From positions 1,376,001 to 1,440,000 of the forward strand of contig OY729426.1 of assembly GCA_963422365.1 (NCBI GenBank): DNA of 64,000 bases, given 5' to 3'. Positions 9,765 through 20,836 of this stretch are shown piece by piece. The stretch comes from Nitrospirales bacterium (GTDB lineage: Bacteria; Nitrospirota; Nitrospiria; Nitrospirales; UBA8639). A model generated the notes under the pieces. It was not told the DNA's origin, ran no database searches, and was given only the letters and a program-made list of their open reading frames with translations. The position numbers were made by a program, and so were the translations under genes. Positions within the stretch are counted from its first letter, which is position 1; every line of letters begins with the position of its first letter.

Positions 9765-10019
9765 ATGGCCAATGTGACGTTATTAGTCTCTTCGACGTGT
9801 TCAGCCTGTCCTTCCGCCAAGAGTCTGTGGAAGCAATTGCGGGTGAAGCACAGTTTCAGTTATCGAGAAATTGATATCAGTACCCCCGATGGTCAGGAAC
9901 TTGCCGACCGGCATTCGGTGCGAGCCGTTCCTGCTACGATTATCAATGGGCGACTCACCTTTGTCGGCGTACCCTCACGGCAAAGCGCCGAAAAAGCGTT
10001 GGGTCAACATCGGGGTTAA
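9765..10019 (+). CDS. Thioredoxin/glutaredoxin-like protein
   Basis: CSAC (CxxC) and the cis-Pro motif AVPATIING; AGGAG SD. Confidence 0.85.
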   Translation: MANVTLLVSSTCSACPSAKSLWKQLRVKHSFSYREIDISTPDGQELADRHSVRAVPATIINGRLTFVGVPSRQSAEKALGQHRG

Positions 10020-10058
10020 CCTTTAATGCGCTGCCTGCCGGCGTCGTAGGTTCTCCCA

Positions 10059-10244
10059 ATGAGCACTTCCCTTCCGTTTGGGATGGATGAAGAGGATCTG
10101 GATCTTGAGTTTCCGATCCTACCACCTCGACAATCCATCCGCCCGCCCGATTGTCCGTTCTGTGGAGAACCGATGAGCTTTATTGATGCGGAATGGGGTT
10201 GTGCAGATTGTAACGGTGAACAGATCGGTCCTGAAACGGGGTAG
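10059..10244 (+). CDS. Small zinc-ribbon-like protein
   Basis: CPFC...CADC with an acidic N-terminus. Confidence 0.55.
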   Translation: MSTSLPFGMDEEDLDLEFPILPPRQSIRPPDCPFCGEPMSFIDAEWGCADCNGEQIGPETG

Positions 10245-10321
10245 GGCGAAAGAAAATTCGTGCTCCTTTCCGGTGACGCATAGCCCTGAGCATCGCCTCC
10301 TTCTTGTTTCTACCGCCTGCC

Positions 10322-13300
10322 ATGCTTCACGTCGTTACGGGTCTCTTTCATCCTGATCTGGAACAAGCCTTAGCCTCCGACCTTCGCTTGATCACCGTCG
10401 CCCGGCCCGTGGCGCCGTGTCTGATTCTCGTTCCGTCGGAAAGTATACGCACGCACCTCAAATGGAGCTTCTGCATGGAGAAGCTCCAGCCTCTTTTCAA
10501 CGTTCATCTCTTGACGTTTCATCAATTGGCGTTGCGGGTTCTGGAAGAACAGGGCCGTGGGGTCTCAGCCCAGCTCCGAGGCGAGTCCTTTTTTCGAGAA
10601 TGGGTGCATCAACGGTTGCGCCAGCGAGGGGAAAATCTTGTCGGGCTCAACGAACTTGTCTCGATGCCCGGCGGATGGGCAGCGCTCTGGGCCACGCTCA
10701 AAGATCTCAAGGATGCGAGAGTGGACGCCGGTTTGGTGTTGGAAGCGTTCAGCCAAAGTCCGTTCTCAACGGATTGCCGACTGCAGTCGGTCATTCGCTT
10801 GTACCAGGCGTGGTGTGATGACCAAAGCCGCCACTCGTTATATGACCACGACGACGTCGCGGTGTTGGCGCTCGATCTGGTGTCTGCTTCATTGTGGCTT
10901 CGTCAACAGGCTCATGTTTTTTACTATGGATTTTATGATTTGACCCAAGGGCAACTCGATCTCTTTCAAATGATCGTCAGGCAGTACCCCGCCACGCTGT
11001 ATTTTCCGTTACTCGACCAACATCCGGCTTTTCGTTTCGCCCAGCAATTTTTCGATCAACATATCCGCGGCCTCGCGGCGGGCCCGATCGAACGTAAGGT
11101 CGCGGCCGTCAACGCGTCTCCATGTCGAGACTTATTCGATCCTGCCCGAGTGTTCCGGTCACAGGAGCCTGAAAAGTCCGACGTGCCAGACAAGCCGAGC
11201 CGGTTTACAGACGGCATTGAGGTAAGCGGGGCGCAAGGGTTCTGTCGCCTTGTGACGGTCTCCGGCTCGAACGACGAGATCGAAGTGGTGGCGAAAGAGA
11301 TCCTGGCCTTGGCGCATGATCAGCACATTCCTTTTCATGACATCGGTGTGGTGGGGCGGACGTTGGCCGGATATGAAGACATCCTGCCCCGCGTCTTTTC
11401 GGCGCAGGGGATTCCCTTTCAGGCGACCCTGCGTCGGCCCTTGAGCCAGTATCCGTTTCCCCAAGCCGTGCTGCGTCTCCTCACGCTTCGTCTTTCCGAC
11501 TTTGATCGCAACACAACCTTTGACGTGTTGTCTTCCCCGTTCGTGAAGTGGCAGACCTTCTGCCCCGACGTCACGGCCCCGCGTCCTGATGTGTGGGAGC
11601 AGATGAGTCAACAGGTTGGGATCGAAAAAGGTCGGCAGGAGTGGGAGCGATTGGTTCGGTTTTTTGAAACAGGGGTTTCGACGCCGAGCAAGCGAAGACA
11701 AGAAGGGCACACGATTGCCGGCGAAGAAGTCAGGAACCTCTGGCACGTGATGCGTCGATTAACCCGGCTTCTTGATACCTTCCCTGACCAGGCGAGTTGG
11801 GAGGCCTTCACGGATCAAGCCCTGTCTCTGATGGATCTCGTGCTGACGGGTCCGTTGCAGCACCAAGACGCGCACGCGTCCCAAGGAGAGGGCAGCCTTG
11901 ACGTGGAAGAGACAGTCGAATTCTCGCGCATGTATCAAGCGGTGCAGGAGTGCTTTGCAGAGATGCGGACACTCACGAACGTCAGCGGGCCGATTCAGTA
12001 TGCGGAGTTTCTCGCGACGCTCAAGCGGTTCATGGAAGAACGGTTCGCATGGAATCCGTTGCAACCGGAAAAGACGGACGGGGTGCGGGTCGTCGATGCC
12101 ATGGCGGCTAGGGGTCTGTCCTTTCGCTTCTTGTTTGTGATCGGGCTCACGGATCATGTCTTCCCTCGACATATTCGAGAGGACGGATTTTTCCGAGATT
12201 CGGCGCGACGGTTTCTGGACATGCACCTGGGGTTCAAAATTCAGGAAAAGACCAGAGGGTATGATGAGGAAAAGTTATTGTTCTATCTGTTGATGCACGC
12301 GGTGCGGGAGCGGGTCGTGCTGGTCTCGCAACGGTCGGACGAGGAGGGCCGGACGACCATCCCTTCCTGGTATCTGCAGGAAGTGGAACGCTGCATGCCG
12401 GGTCTTGCTTCGGTGGAAGTGCCCAGATCCCTTCTTCATAAACCCCAAGTGGCGTTGTACGCCGATGAGTCGCGATGGACGCCGCGCGAGCGGCTCATAC
12501 GACACGTGCTGCGTCGCCATAGGCCGACTCAGGCAACCGAAGGGGACCCGGTGTGGTGGCAGATGGTGAAACAGGGGCTTGCGGCACTCCGTGTTCAGGA
12601 GAGCGAACGGCCGCAACTGAATGCCTACGACGGCATCACCGGGCCCCTGGCCGAATATGGGAAGTTTCTGGCCGTTCATGGTCTGTCGCCGACCAGCCTT
12701 GAATGCTATGCGGTCTGTCCCTTTCGATATTTCGCACAGGCCGTCCTGGATCTCCACGTGCCGAGGGCAACGCCCTTGAGTCAGGGCGTGAGCGCATTTG
12801 AGTTGGGCACGCTGCTTCATAGGATTTTAAAAGAATGGTATGGCCGGTTAGGGCAAAGCGGGTGGTTTGCGCATGCGGCGCCGTCCGATTTCAAGCCCTT
12901 GGAAATCATGGAGCAAATCGCAGAGTCCGTTTTTCGGGATTTCGAACAGCAGCACGCGGTCGGGCCTGCGTTGTTGTGGAAAATGCAGCAAGAACGCCTC
13001 ATGGGCATTCTTGAACGGATCCTGCAACAGGACAGGCAGGAGATGGGGCACGAATGGCGCCCGGTCTTGTTTGAAATCCCTTTGAACGGGGAGATGCCGG
13101 TAAAGGGGGCCAAGAGTGCGACGTTGTTCCCCATTGCCGGTCGACTTGATCGAGTGGATTGGTCGCCTTCCACCCACCGGTATCGTATCATCGATTATAA
13201 ATATACGGCGCGGACCACCGGACTCATGACGGAAAAAAGCTTAGCCAAGGATGTTGTGCAAGGGACCCGCCTGCAACCATGGATCTACATGGAATTGGCC

Positions 13301-13744
13301 AAGCAAGGCGTCCCGCAGCAGTTGCCGGAAGGGCCGAGGCCGGACATCGAGACAAGTGACTGTGAAGGCGTGTGGTTGTATGTCGTGGCCCCTCGGGCGC
13401 TCCCTGAGGACCAAGGCTTTGCGCCTGTGGCCTTTTCAGCAAACATGCGGGATAGCGTCACCCCGCAACTGGAGACGATGATGACGACGATTGTCCAAGG
13501 GATTCAGCAAGGAAAGTTTTTCATCGTTCCTGGTCAACATTGCAAATGGTGTCACGTGCGGTCGGTGTGCCACCGCACCCATCCGGAAAGCGCCCGTCGT
13601 GCGCGCGAGGATCGCGCACAGACCTCCGCGCATCGAAATCTGCGCCGCCAGCAGCCTCCATCGTCCCTCGCGACTTCCAATCCGGACTCTGACTCAGAAG
13701 GGCGGCAAGGTCATGAAAGCGAAGATGACGGATCATCTCCCTGA
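10322..13744 (+). CDS. addB: AddB/RexB-like subunit (inactive helicase plus PD-(D/E)xK nuclease, Fe-S cysteines)
   Basis: SPTSLECYAVCPF, GRLDRVD, IIDYK, CKWCHVRSVC; adjacent to addA. Confidence 0.85.
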   Translation: MLHVVTGLFHPDLEQALASDLRLITVARPVAPCLILVPSESIRTHLKWSFCMEKLQPLFNVHLLTFHQLALRVLEEQGRGVSAQLRGESFFREWVHQRLRQRGENLVGLNELVSMPGGWAALWATLKDLKDARVDAGLVLEAFSQSPFSTDCRLQSVIRLYQAWCDDQSRHSLYDHDDVAVLALDLVSASLWLRQQAHVFYYGFYDLTQGQLDLFQMIVRQYPATLYFPLLDQHPAFRFAQQFFDQHIRGLAAGPIERKVAAVNASPCRDLFDPARVFRSQEPEKSDVPDKPSRFTDGIEVSGAQGFCRLVTVSGSNDEIEVVAKEILALAHDQHIPFHDIGVVGRTLAGYEDILPRVFSAQGIPFQATLRRPLSQYPFPQAVLRLLTLRLSDFDRNTTFDVLSSPFVKWQTFCPDVTAPRPDVWEQMSQQVGIEKGRQEWERLVRFFETGVSTPSKRRQEGHTIAGEEVRNLWHVMRRLTRLLDTFPDQASWEAFTDQALSLMDLVLTGPLQHQDAHASQGEGSLDVEETVEFSRMYQAVQECFAEMRTLTNVSGPIQYAEFLATLKRFMEERFAWNPLQPEKTDGVRVVDAMAARGLSFRFLFVIGLTDHVFPRHIREDGFFRDSARRFLDMHLGFKIQEKTRGYDEEKLLFYLLMHAVRERVVLVSQRSDEEGRTTIPSWYLQEVERCMPGLASVEVPRSLLHKPQVALYADESRWTPRERLIRHVLRRHRPTQATEGDPVWWQMVKQGLAALRVQESERPQLNAYDGITGPLAEYGKFLAVHGLSPTSLECYAVCPFRYFAQAVLDLHVPRATPLSQGVSAFELGTLLHRILKEWYGRLGQSGWFAHAAPSDFKPLEIMEQIAESVFRDFEQQHAVGPALLWKMQQERLMGILERILQQDRQEMGHEWRPVLFEIPLNGEMPVKGAKSATLFPIAGRLDRVDWSPSTHRYRIIDYKYTARTTGLMTEKSLAKDVVQGTRLQPWIYMELAKQGVPQQLPEGPRPDIETSDCEGVWLYVVAPRALPEDQGFAPVAFSANMRDSVTPQLETMMTTIVQGIQQGKFFIVPGQHCKWCHVRSVCHRTHPESARRAREDRAQTSAHRNLRRQQPPSSLATSNPDSDSEGRQGHESEDDGSSP

Positions 13745-16700
13745 TAGCCACGCGCGTCATTGTGCAGTCACGGCTTCGGAGACGAATGTCGTGGTCACGG
13801 CGGGGGCTGGCACGGGCAAGACGTCGCTGCTCATTGATCGCATCCTCCATGTTCTGACCCGCCGCCGCCACCGACTGTCCTTGACGCAAATCGTCGCGGT
13901 CACCTTTACCAACAAGGCAGCCAGTGAACTGAAGCTGCGGGTGCGGCATCGGTTGCGGCTTATGAAGGATCTGGCCTCGGGTGCCTATGCCGAGGATCAA
14001 TCCCACGGTTACGCGATCCAGTCGATTCGGACGCTGCAGGAATCTTCCGGTCTCACCGACGCGGAGTTGGCGGAGGTCAGCGACACGGCGATGCGTGATC
14101 TGGAACGGGCACATATTGAAACCATTCATGGTTTTGCAGGCCATCTCTTGCGGCTCTATCCCGTGGAAGCCGGTGTCGATCCCTCGTTTCAGGAAGATGA
14201 CGGTGCGCAATTTCACGAGCATTTCAAGCGCGAGTGGGAACAGTGGGTGCAGCAGGAATTGGATGCTGGCGGACGACGGCATGACGTCTGGTGGCAGATG
14301 CTGACGCGCCATAGCTTGGATGACATGGAGCAACTCGCGCTGGCGTTGACGGACGAATTACTCCCATTACCCGTGAACGGAATTCGTACCTCGCAACAGG
14401 AGATCACGCCGCCCCTCAGATCGTGGGTGACGAAACTAGACGGACGCGGACGCACGTTGCAGGAAACGTATCAAGGCACGCTGAAGATCAATCGCATGCT
14501 CGATGACGCCGTGGCGCTGTTGGCAAGCCTGTCCACGGAAAAAACGCCGCGGGCAGAAGCAACGGATGAGAGTCCTCCTGCCACAATGCTTCAACAAACC
14601 CTTCCCGCGAAGAAGCCGAAGGGCTGGATTGAGGAAGACTATGAAGAAGCCAAGGGGCTGATCAAGGTGGCCCGGGCGATTGAACAGTCGCGTGCGGGGT
14701 CGTTATGGGACATTGTGCATCTCCTTGCCCCGTTTGTCGCGCAGTGCCGCAACTCGTTCGTGGAGAAAGGGCTGGTGTCGTTTAACGGCTTGCTCGCGCG
14801 GGCGCGGGCGCTGCTTCGAGACCATCCGCAGGTACGCGCCGAATTGAAGGCCCAGTATCAGGCGATCATCGTGGATGAATTTCAGGACACCGATCCGGTT
14901 CAATACGAGTTGATTCTGTTTGTAGCCGAGGCCTTGGGCGCCGAAGCGCGGGAATGGCGTGACGTGCAACTAGCGCCGGGGAAATTGTTTATCGTGGGCG
15001 ATCCCAAGCAATCTATTTACGCGTTTCGGCGTGCGGACATCGAAGCCTACGATACCGTCGTGCGGAACCATATTCTGTCGCCCACGGCCCAAGGGGAGCG
15101 GCATTCCTTGCAAAGCAACTTTCGAGCCCATGCCCGAGTGCTCGATCCGGTGAACCGCTGTTGCGCCAATTTGTTTCCTTCCGCTTCCGTCAAAGGAGTG
15201 CAACCGCATTACGAACATCTCGTTCCCGTTCCATCGGACTCGTCGCCCTTGCCCCACGAACGGGTGCAACTTCGCCTCGTTGCCCTTGCGCAGGAGGACG
15301 CAGATGCGGAAACGGCCAGTCGGACGGAGGCGGAAGGCTTGGCGCGTTGGTTGCGGGAGGAGGTCATAGACAAAGAGCAGCTTCTTCTGGGGCGTCGCGC
15401 CGTGACGATCCAGCCGCGCCATATTGCAGTACTGTTTCGGACGTTGACCCATCAGCGAATCTGCCTTGAAGCCTTTCGGCGGCACCACCTGCCTTGCCTC
15501 GCCGAAGGGGAAAAACACTTTTATGAACGGCAGGAGGTGATTGATTGCAGCCACGTGCTGCGAGTCCTGACGGATCCTCGTGATGAGTTGGGCGTGGTTG
15601 GGGTGTTGCGGTCTCCATACGGGGGCTGTTCCGACGTTGAGATTGAATTGATCGTGCAACGAGGCTTCCTGGATAATTGGGCGCACGAGTCGCCCCTCAA
15701 GCACCCGCCGCCGATTTTTTCCGTCCTGCGTTCATTGCACATGGAGATACAAATGCTGCCGGTTCCCGAGGCCATCCAGCGCATTTTCCAAACACTGCCC
15801 CTGGCGGAACTGGCAGCGGCTTCCCTCGACGGCGAACATGCACTCGCAAACGTGCTCAAACTACGGGACACTATGCTCGAACTGGCCGTGCGGTCCGGAT
15901 TGACGCTTCGAGAAATCATTCGCCAAGTGAGGCAATGGGTGGACGATCCGCCCGAAGAAGGGGAACGGGCCCTTGTCGAAGAAGGGCTTACTCCACAGGC
16001 CCCGGAAGGAGCGATTCGATTGTTGAGCATCCACAAGGCCAAAGGGTTGGAATTTCCCATGGTGATCGTGGCGGGCTTGCATCGGGATACCGATCATCGA
16101 GGAACGCCGGTTTGGACGTCCCACGATTGGCTGACCGACACCGTCGGACTTCGTCTTGGCCACGCAGCCGATCTCGGAGGAATTTTCATCGAAACGAAAT
16201 TAGCCGAACGACAACGAGCCGAACAGGTGCGGTTGCTCTATGTTGCCATGACCCGTGCACAACGTCGTCTCGTGTTGTCGGCGGTGCTTCCCGGAAAAGG
16301 GGCGAACAAAAAGGGAACGTTCCTGTCGTTACTCGCGCGAGGGTTGGATCTTGATTTGGCGGCAATGCTTGAGGCGGCCAAAGAACAATCCCCACATGAT
16401 CATCTTGCTGAAGACGTGGCCGTGACGACGATTGTCGTATCGGCTGATCAGCCGACGAGGAAGGATTGGCCCGCCCAACCCGTGTGGAAAGCGACCATGC
16501 CGGACGGTGCGGATCACCAACGCCGTTGGGTTGCCTGGATGAAGCAGATGGAAATGGTGCAGAGGACACCGCTGTTTCTTTCCCCGACCCAGTCCCTGAA
16601 CACGACAGGCGATCCCCTGTCGTTGTCCACGAACCCTGCAGCCGGAGAGAAGTCCATAATCCTTCTGAGGAAGAAACCGGCGTCGCAGTCGGGACCATCA

Positions 16701-17234
16701 GATCGAAGCGCGCTCATAGGGACGCTCGCCCATCGTGTCTTGCACGGGTGGGATTTTTCTGCTGCTCCGGACACGGTGCCGGTGTGGCCGGCGTGGATTG
16801 AAGCCTGCTGTCGGGCACACCTTCCCAAGGAATGGGCCTCGGAGTCGGACAATGTGTATGAAGAATTGCGAGCACTCTTCACGCATTTTGTCGCGTCCGA
16901 ACCGTATGCCGTGCTTCAACAGGCAGAAATTCTGGGCAGAGAAATTCCGTTTGCTGTGCCATGGAAGAGTGTAGGGGAAGACGCCGTGCGGACCCTGACC
17001 GGACCCTCCTGTGTGATGGAAGGGGTGATCGATGTCATGTATCGTTGGCGTCAACAAATTTGGATTGCTGACTATAAGACGCATCGGGTAGAAGAAAACT
17101 CCCTGGCACAGGTGGTGCATGAGCACCGGGCACAGATGGAGACCTATCGTCGAGCAACGGAACTGGCCTTGGGGCAGAGTCCTGTCCGAGCACAACTCGT
17201 ATTTTTACGGAGTGGACGCAGCGTCGAGGTTTAA
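13713..17234 (+). CDS. addA: AddA/RecB-like UvrD helicase-nuclease
   Basis: AGAGTGKT, VTFTNKAA, VDEFQDT, VGDPKQSIYAFR, SIHKAKGLEF, LYVAMTRA, GVID...ADYKT. Confidence 0.92.
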   Translation: MKAKMTDHLPDSHARHCAVTASETNVVVTAGAGTGKTSLLIDRILHVLTRRRHRLSLTQIVAVTFTNKAASELKLRVRHRLRLMKDLASGAYAEDQSHGYAIQSIRTLQESSGLTDAELAEVSDTAMRDLERAHIETIHGFAGHLLRLYPVEAGVDPSFQEDDGAQFHEHFKREWEQWVQQELDAGGRRHDVWWQMLTRHSLDDMEQLALALTDELLPLPVNGIRTSQQEITPPLRSWVTKLDGRGRTLQETYQGTLKINRMLDDAVALLASLSTEKTPRAEATDESPPATMLQQTLPAKKPKGWIEEDYEEAKGLIKVARAIEQSRAGSLWDIVHLLAPFVAQCRNSFVEKGLVSFNGLLARARALLRDHPQVRAELKAQYQAIIVDEFQDTDPVQYELILFVAEALGAEAREWRDVQLAPGKLFIVGDPKQSIYAFRRADIEAYDTVVRNHILSPTAQGERHSLQSNFRAHARVLDPVNRCCANLFPSASVKGVQPHYEHLVPVPSDSSPLPHERVQLRLVALAQEDADAETASRTEAEGLARWLREEVIDKEQLLLGRRAVTIQPRHIAVLFRTLTHQRICLEAFRRHHLPCLAEGEKHFYERQEVIDCSHVLRVLTDPRDELGVVGVLRSPYGGCSDVEIELIVQRGFLDNWAHESPLKHPPPIFSVLRSLHMEIQMLPVPEAIQRIFQTLPLAELAAASLDGEHALANVLKLRDTMLELAVRSGLTLREIIRQVRQWVDDPPEEGERALVEEGLTPQAPEGAIRLLSIHKAKGLEFPMVIVAGLHRDTDHRGTPVWTSHDWLTDTVGLRLGHAADLGGIFIETKLAERQRAEQVRLLYVAMTRAQRRLVLSAVLPGKGANKKGTFLSLLARGLDLDLAAMLEAAKEQSPHDHLAEDVAVTTIVVSADQPTRKDWPAQPVWKATMPDGADHQRRWVAWMKQMEMVQRTPLFLSPTQSLNTTGDPLSLSTNPAAGEKSIILLRKKPASQSGPSDRSALIGTLAHRVLHGWDFSAAPDTVPVWPAWIEACCRAHLPKEWASESDNVYEELRALFTHFVASEPYAVLQQAEILGREIPFAVPWKSVGEDAVRTLTGPSCVMEGVIDVMYRWRQQIWIADYKTHRVEENSLAQVVHEHRAQMETYRRATELALGQSPVRAQLVFLRSGRSVEV

Positions 17235-17271
17235 GTAGGATAGGCAACGCCGGTTTGCCGAAACGGCTTTC

Positions 17272-17550
17272 TGTCATGCGGGGTTTTTATGTGTCATGCT
17301 GAGCGCAGCGAAGAATCTGTAGGGCCGCATCCCTGTTCGGGACAGGGACTGCCTCATGCTTACGCAACGAGTGTGTAGGGCGGCATTTGATGCCGCCTGG
17401 AAGAAAGTGTCATGAGATGGCGCAACGACAAATACAGAGGAGAGAACAGAAAGCGCCATGAGCCTGCCCACGACGCCCTGATCGGGGGGCTTGGACTCGA
17501 TATTTGTCATCGGGGGACGCCGCCCTACAACAAGTTGTGCAGGATGACAG
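17272..17550. repeat. Cluster of REP-like palindromes
   Basis: tgtcatgctgagcgcagcgaagaatct; tgtagggcggcatttgatgccgcc (17374) with inverted partner gccgccctaca (17519-17529); caggatgaca. Confidence 0.6.
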
Positions 17551-17602
17551 CCGTACGACCTAGAACAGGCCTGTTCAAACACGTGAGGAAAGGAGAACGT
17601 TC

Positions 17603-18085
17603 ATGCCACTGAGTAGTTGGAAAATAGGATGCCTGATATGCAGTCTTGCAGTCATCGGAGCCTGTAGTAGTAGTCCGGAGAAAGCGAGAGTGCTGACCCT
17701 GAATGCTCCGGGTGGGAGCAAGCCCCAGGCGTTGTTGGCTATGAAAGCAGGCAACCAGGCCTTTGCCGCCGGACAGTGGGCGAGCGCCAAGCAGCAGTAC
17801 GAAAAAGCCGTCCTTGTCGAGAAGACCTTAGCAGAAGCGCATTACAATCTGGCGTTAACTTTGGATCGATTGGGAAACCGAGAGGAAGCCGAGGCGCACT
17901 ATACGCAAGCCGCAAATTTCGCTCCCGGGCATCCAGTCATTTGGAATTCACGGATCTACCGCCGGTATGGTGATGTCGCGACACCGCAGGGTGGCTCTTC
18001 CCTACCAGGAGGAATACCGGGACTTGGAGGCCTCGGGGGACTTGGTGGCGGCAGTCCTTCCGGTGCACCACCGGGCGGCTATTAA
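17603..18085 (+). CDS. TPR-repeat lipoprotein with a Gly/Pro-rich tail
   Basis: Lipobox-like IGAC; AEAHYNLALTL TPR motif. Confidence 0.8.
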   Translation: MPLSSWKIGCLICSLAVIGACSSSPEKARVLTLNAPGGSKPQALLAMKAGNQAFAAGQWASAKQQYEKAVLVEKTLAEAHYNLALTLDRLGNREEAEAHYTQAANFAPGHPVIWNSRIYRRYGDVATPQGGSSLPGGIPGLGGLGGLGGGSPSGAPPGGY

Positions 18086-18206
18086 CCGGCTTATGTGGCT
18101 GAGAAAAGGTGCGAGCAGGCATGGTGCCTGCTTCCCCTTCCTTTGTAAGGAGTGGCCAGGGGAGGTAGATCTCCATCTTCACGCATGCTTCCCCGCCTTC
18201 CCTTCC

Positions 18207-19073
18207 CTATGCGCCTTCCCTGTTTGAAGGCGTTTTGTAGCCCGCCAGGAGCATTGTGAGCCCGAGGACGATCATGGGAAAGCTCAAGAGTTGCCCCATG
18301 GTCAGGGAACCCAACACGAACCCGAGATGCGCGTCCGGTTCTCGAAACAATTCAGCGAAGCTGCGAAAAATGCCGTACCCGGCGATAAAACTCCAAAAGA
18401 CCGTGCCGGGTGGCCTGACCTTCCTTCCCAGGAACCAGAGGACACCGAACAAGACCACCCCTTCGAGCGCTGCTTCGTATAATTGCGAGGGATGGCGACA
18501 GGCCGCTCCACCCCTTGGGAAGACCATGCACCATCCGACATCCGTGGGACGTCCGTATAACTCCCCGTTGATAAAATTCCCCAAGCGCCCCAAGCCTAAC
18601 CCGATCGGAACGGCTTGCGTCGCCAGATCCGCAATCGTGTACACTGCGAATCCCTTTTTATAACAGAACAGCCAAATCGCGAAACACGTGCCGAGTAATC
18701 CGCCATGGAAGGACATCCCGCCTTCCCACACGGCCAAAATTTTCCCAGGGTGCTGCAGATAGTAGTCCGTATTGTAAAAGAGGGTATAGCCCAACCGTCC
18801 GCCGAGAAACACGCCAAAGGCGGCATACACAATCAAATCGGACAACTGAACGGTGTGTAACGGGATGTTTCGCGCGGCGGCCCGATGCTTGATCAGAAAA
18901 TAAGCCGTCAGTAGGCCCAGCAAATACATCAGCCCGTACCAACGAAATTGCAGAGGCCCCAACCGAAAAAAGGCCGGATCGATCTCAGGGAAAGAGAGGG
19001 CCGCCCACAATGGAGGGATGAAAGAGTTCAAAACAAATATCCAGTCGAAAATCCAGACGACAGCTCTGACCAC
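18207..19073 (-). CDS. lgt: Prolipoprotein diacylglyceryl transferase
   Basis: RWYGLMY, GGMSFHGG, GRLGNFINGELYGR, HPSQLYE. Confidence 0.97.
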   Translation of the reverse strand: MVRAVVWIFDWIFVLNSFIPPLWAALSFPEIDPAFFRLGPLQFRWYGLMYLLGLLTAYFLIKHRAAARNIPLHTVQLSDLIVYAAFGVFLGGRLGYTLFYNTDYYLQHPGKILAVWEGGMSFHGGLLGTCFAIWLFCYKKGFAVYTIADLATQAVPIGLGLGRLGNFINGELYGRPTDVGWCMVFPRGGAACRHPSQLYEAALEGVVLFGVLWFLGRKVRPPGTVFWSFIAGYGIFRSFAELFREPDAHLGFVLGSLTMGQLLSFPMIVLGLTMLLAGYKTPSNREGA

Positions 19074-19217
19074 GGCAAATGAGACAATGTGCGAAGCGTG
19101 AGTGCATCCTAGGGAGGCGTCGTTGGTTTTTCAAGGGAGGCCCGTTGTCATGCTGTCGCCGTAGGCGAAGAATTATTCCCCCGGTCAGGGACGAGGGCAG
19201 GCCGTATATAGCCTGCC

Positions 19218-19317
19218 CGTGTCATTCCCGCGGTTTTTAGCGGGAATCCAGGCCCCTTCCCCTGGAGAGAGCGGGTGGAAGAGATGGATCCCCGCTTACC
19301 CCTGCGGGGATGACACG
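19218..19317. repeat. MITE/REP-like inverted repeat element
   Basis: cgtgtcattcccgcgg..gcgggaatcca...tggatccccgct..ctgcggggatgacacg; sister copy at 39590. Confidence 0.7.
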
Positions 19318-19485
19318 AAGAGGGCTTGGTCCCGACGTCTGTCATCGGAAGACGCTGTCCCACAAGACTGGTGTGTTGTGCGGGCGAGCAGTCTTTCCCA
19401 AAACTTGCCTCTCTGGTGTGTGACGGAGTAGAGTTTGCGCTAACAATCCTGTTGCGACTGGATACGGAACGGAAAGGATCGAGAG

Positions 19486-20367
19486 ATGAGTGACGAAGCT
19501 GTAACGCACGCGAGTCAGGGAAGCCAGGCGTCCCAAGAGGCCGTGTTGCCCGGCGTCAAATATATTATTGCGGTGGCGAGTGGAAAAGGCGGAGTCGGAA
19601 AATCCACGGTCTCGACCAATGTGGCCGTGGCGTTGGCGCAGACCGGCGCGAAAGTCGGGCTCATGGATGCGGATATTTACGGCCCGAATATTCCCATGAT
19701 GATGGGAGTACCGGAACCACCGAGGAAAGAGGGCGACAAAATCAGGCCGGCTGAAGCGCATGGCGTGAAGATCATGTCCATGGGGTTTTTCGTGCCGGAA
19801 GAAACCGCCATTGTGTGGCGGGGCCCCATGGTGCATACGGCCATTCAGCAGTTTTTTCGTGACGTGCTGTGGGGGGAACTGGACTACCTGTTGGTGGATT
19901 TGCCGCCGGGGACGGGGGATGCCCAGCTCAGTCTCTCCCAAATCGTTCCGCTGACCGGCGTCGTCACCGTGACCACGCCACAGGAAGTGGCATTATATGA
20001 CGTGCGCAAGGGCGTCATGATGTTTAAGAAAGTGAACGTCCCGCTCTTAGGCGTGATTGAAAACATGAGTTTCTTCGTCTGCGGCCATTGTGGAGAACGA
20101 ACGGACATTTTCTCGTTTGCGGGTGGAGAGCGAGCGGCGAAAAAATTCGACATTCCCTTCTTGGGGCGCATTCCCCTGGATTCTGCAATTCGAGAGGGTG
20201 GAGACGTAGGCATGCCGATTGTCTCAGCTGTTCCGAATTCTCCGCTCACCAAAGCGTTTCAGGGTGTGGCCGAAGCGTTGCAAGCACGCGTGAAGGAGTT
20301 AACGAGTGAATCAACGGGGGTAACCCTGAGTGAGATGGTGAAAAAGTTGAAAGAACCAATGGCGTGA
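19486..20367 (+). CDS. mrp: Mrp/ApbC (NBP35) Fe-S cluster carrier ATPase
   Basis: [34 protein letters not shown]. Confidence 0.95.
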   Translation: MSDEAVTHASQGSQASQEAVLPGVKYIIAVASGKGGVGKSTVSTNVAVALAQTGAKVGLMDADIYGPNIPMMMGVPEPPRKEGDKIRPAEAHGVKIMSMGFFVPEETAIVWRGPMVHTAIQQFFRDVLWGELDYLLVDLPPGTGDAQLSLSQIVPLTGVVTVTTPQEVALYDVRKGVMMFKKVNVPLLGVIENMSFFVCGHCGERTDIFSFAGGERAAKKFDIPFLGRIPLDSAIREGGDVGMPIVSAVPNSPLTKAFQGVAEALQARVKELTSESTGVTLSEMVKKLKEPMA

Positions 20368-20434
20368 TGGAAGGCACAGGTTCAAATCGAATAGGCGTTC
20401 ATTGACTCGGATGAAATAGTGGTGGAGGATCCCG

Positions 20435-20740
20435 ATGGCTGAAAGGGTCAAAGTAGCAAATACGGACGAGTTGGAACCCGGGCAAGGCATGGTCGCCGAA
20501 GTCGGCGGCAAAGAGATTGCCCTCTTCAATGTCGGCGGCATGTTTTATGCTCTGAACAATATCTGTGTGCATCGTGGGGGGCCGTTGGGTGAGGGTGAGT
20601 TGGACGGCGAAGTGGTCACCTGTCCCTGGCACAACTGGGAATACAACGTGACGACCGGGGCCTGTCTCACGAATCCGTCCACGTGTGTGGCTCAATTCCC
20701 TCTGGTGGTGGAAGGGAACGAAGTCAAGATCGACCTGTAA
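20435..20740 (+). CDS. Rieske (2Fe-2S) ferredoxin
   Basis: CVHRGGPL and CPWH ligands. Confidence 0.92.
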   Translation: MAERVKVANTDELEPGQGMVAEVGGKEIALFNVGGMFYALNNICVHRGGPLGEGELDGEVVTCPWHNWEYNVTTGACLTNPSTCVAQFPLVVEGNEVKIDL

Positions 20741-20836
20741 CCTGTCAGAGGGTTGCCGTCATCAGATCCGCCTGTTGTAGGAGAAGGTCTACAGCGCCTT
20801 CACCAAGCCATTGCAAAGCAACCTCATTGTTGACCG

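Noticed and set aside
12600..13744. Cas4-like nuclease
   Set aside because: The Fe-S PD-(D/E)xK domain is the normal C-terminus of AddB, next to addA.
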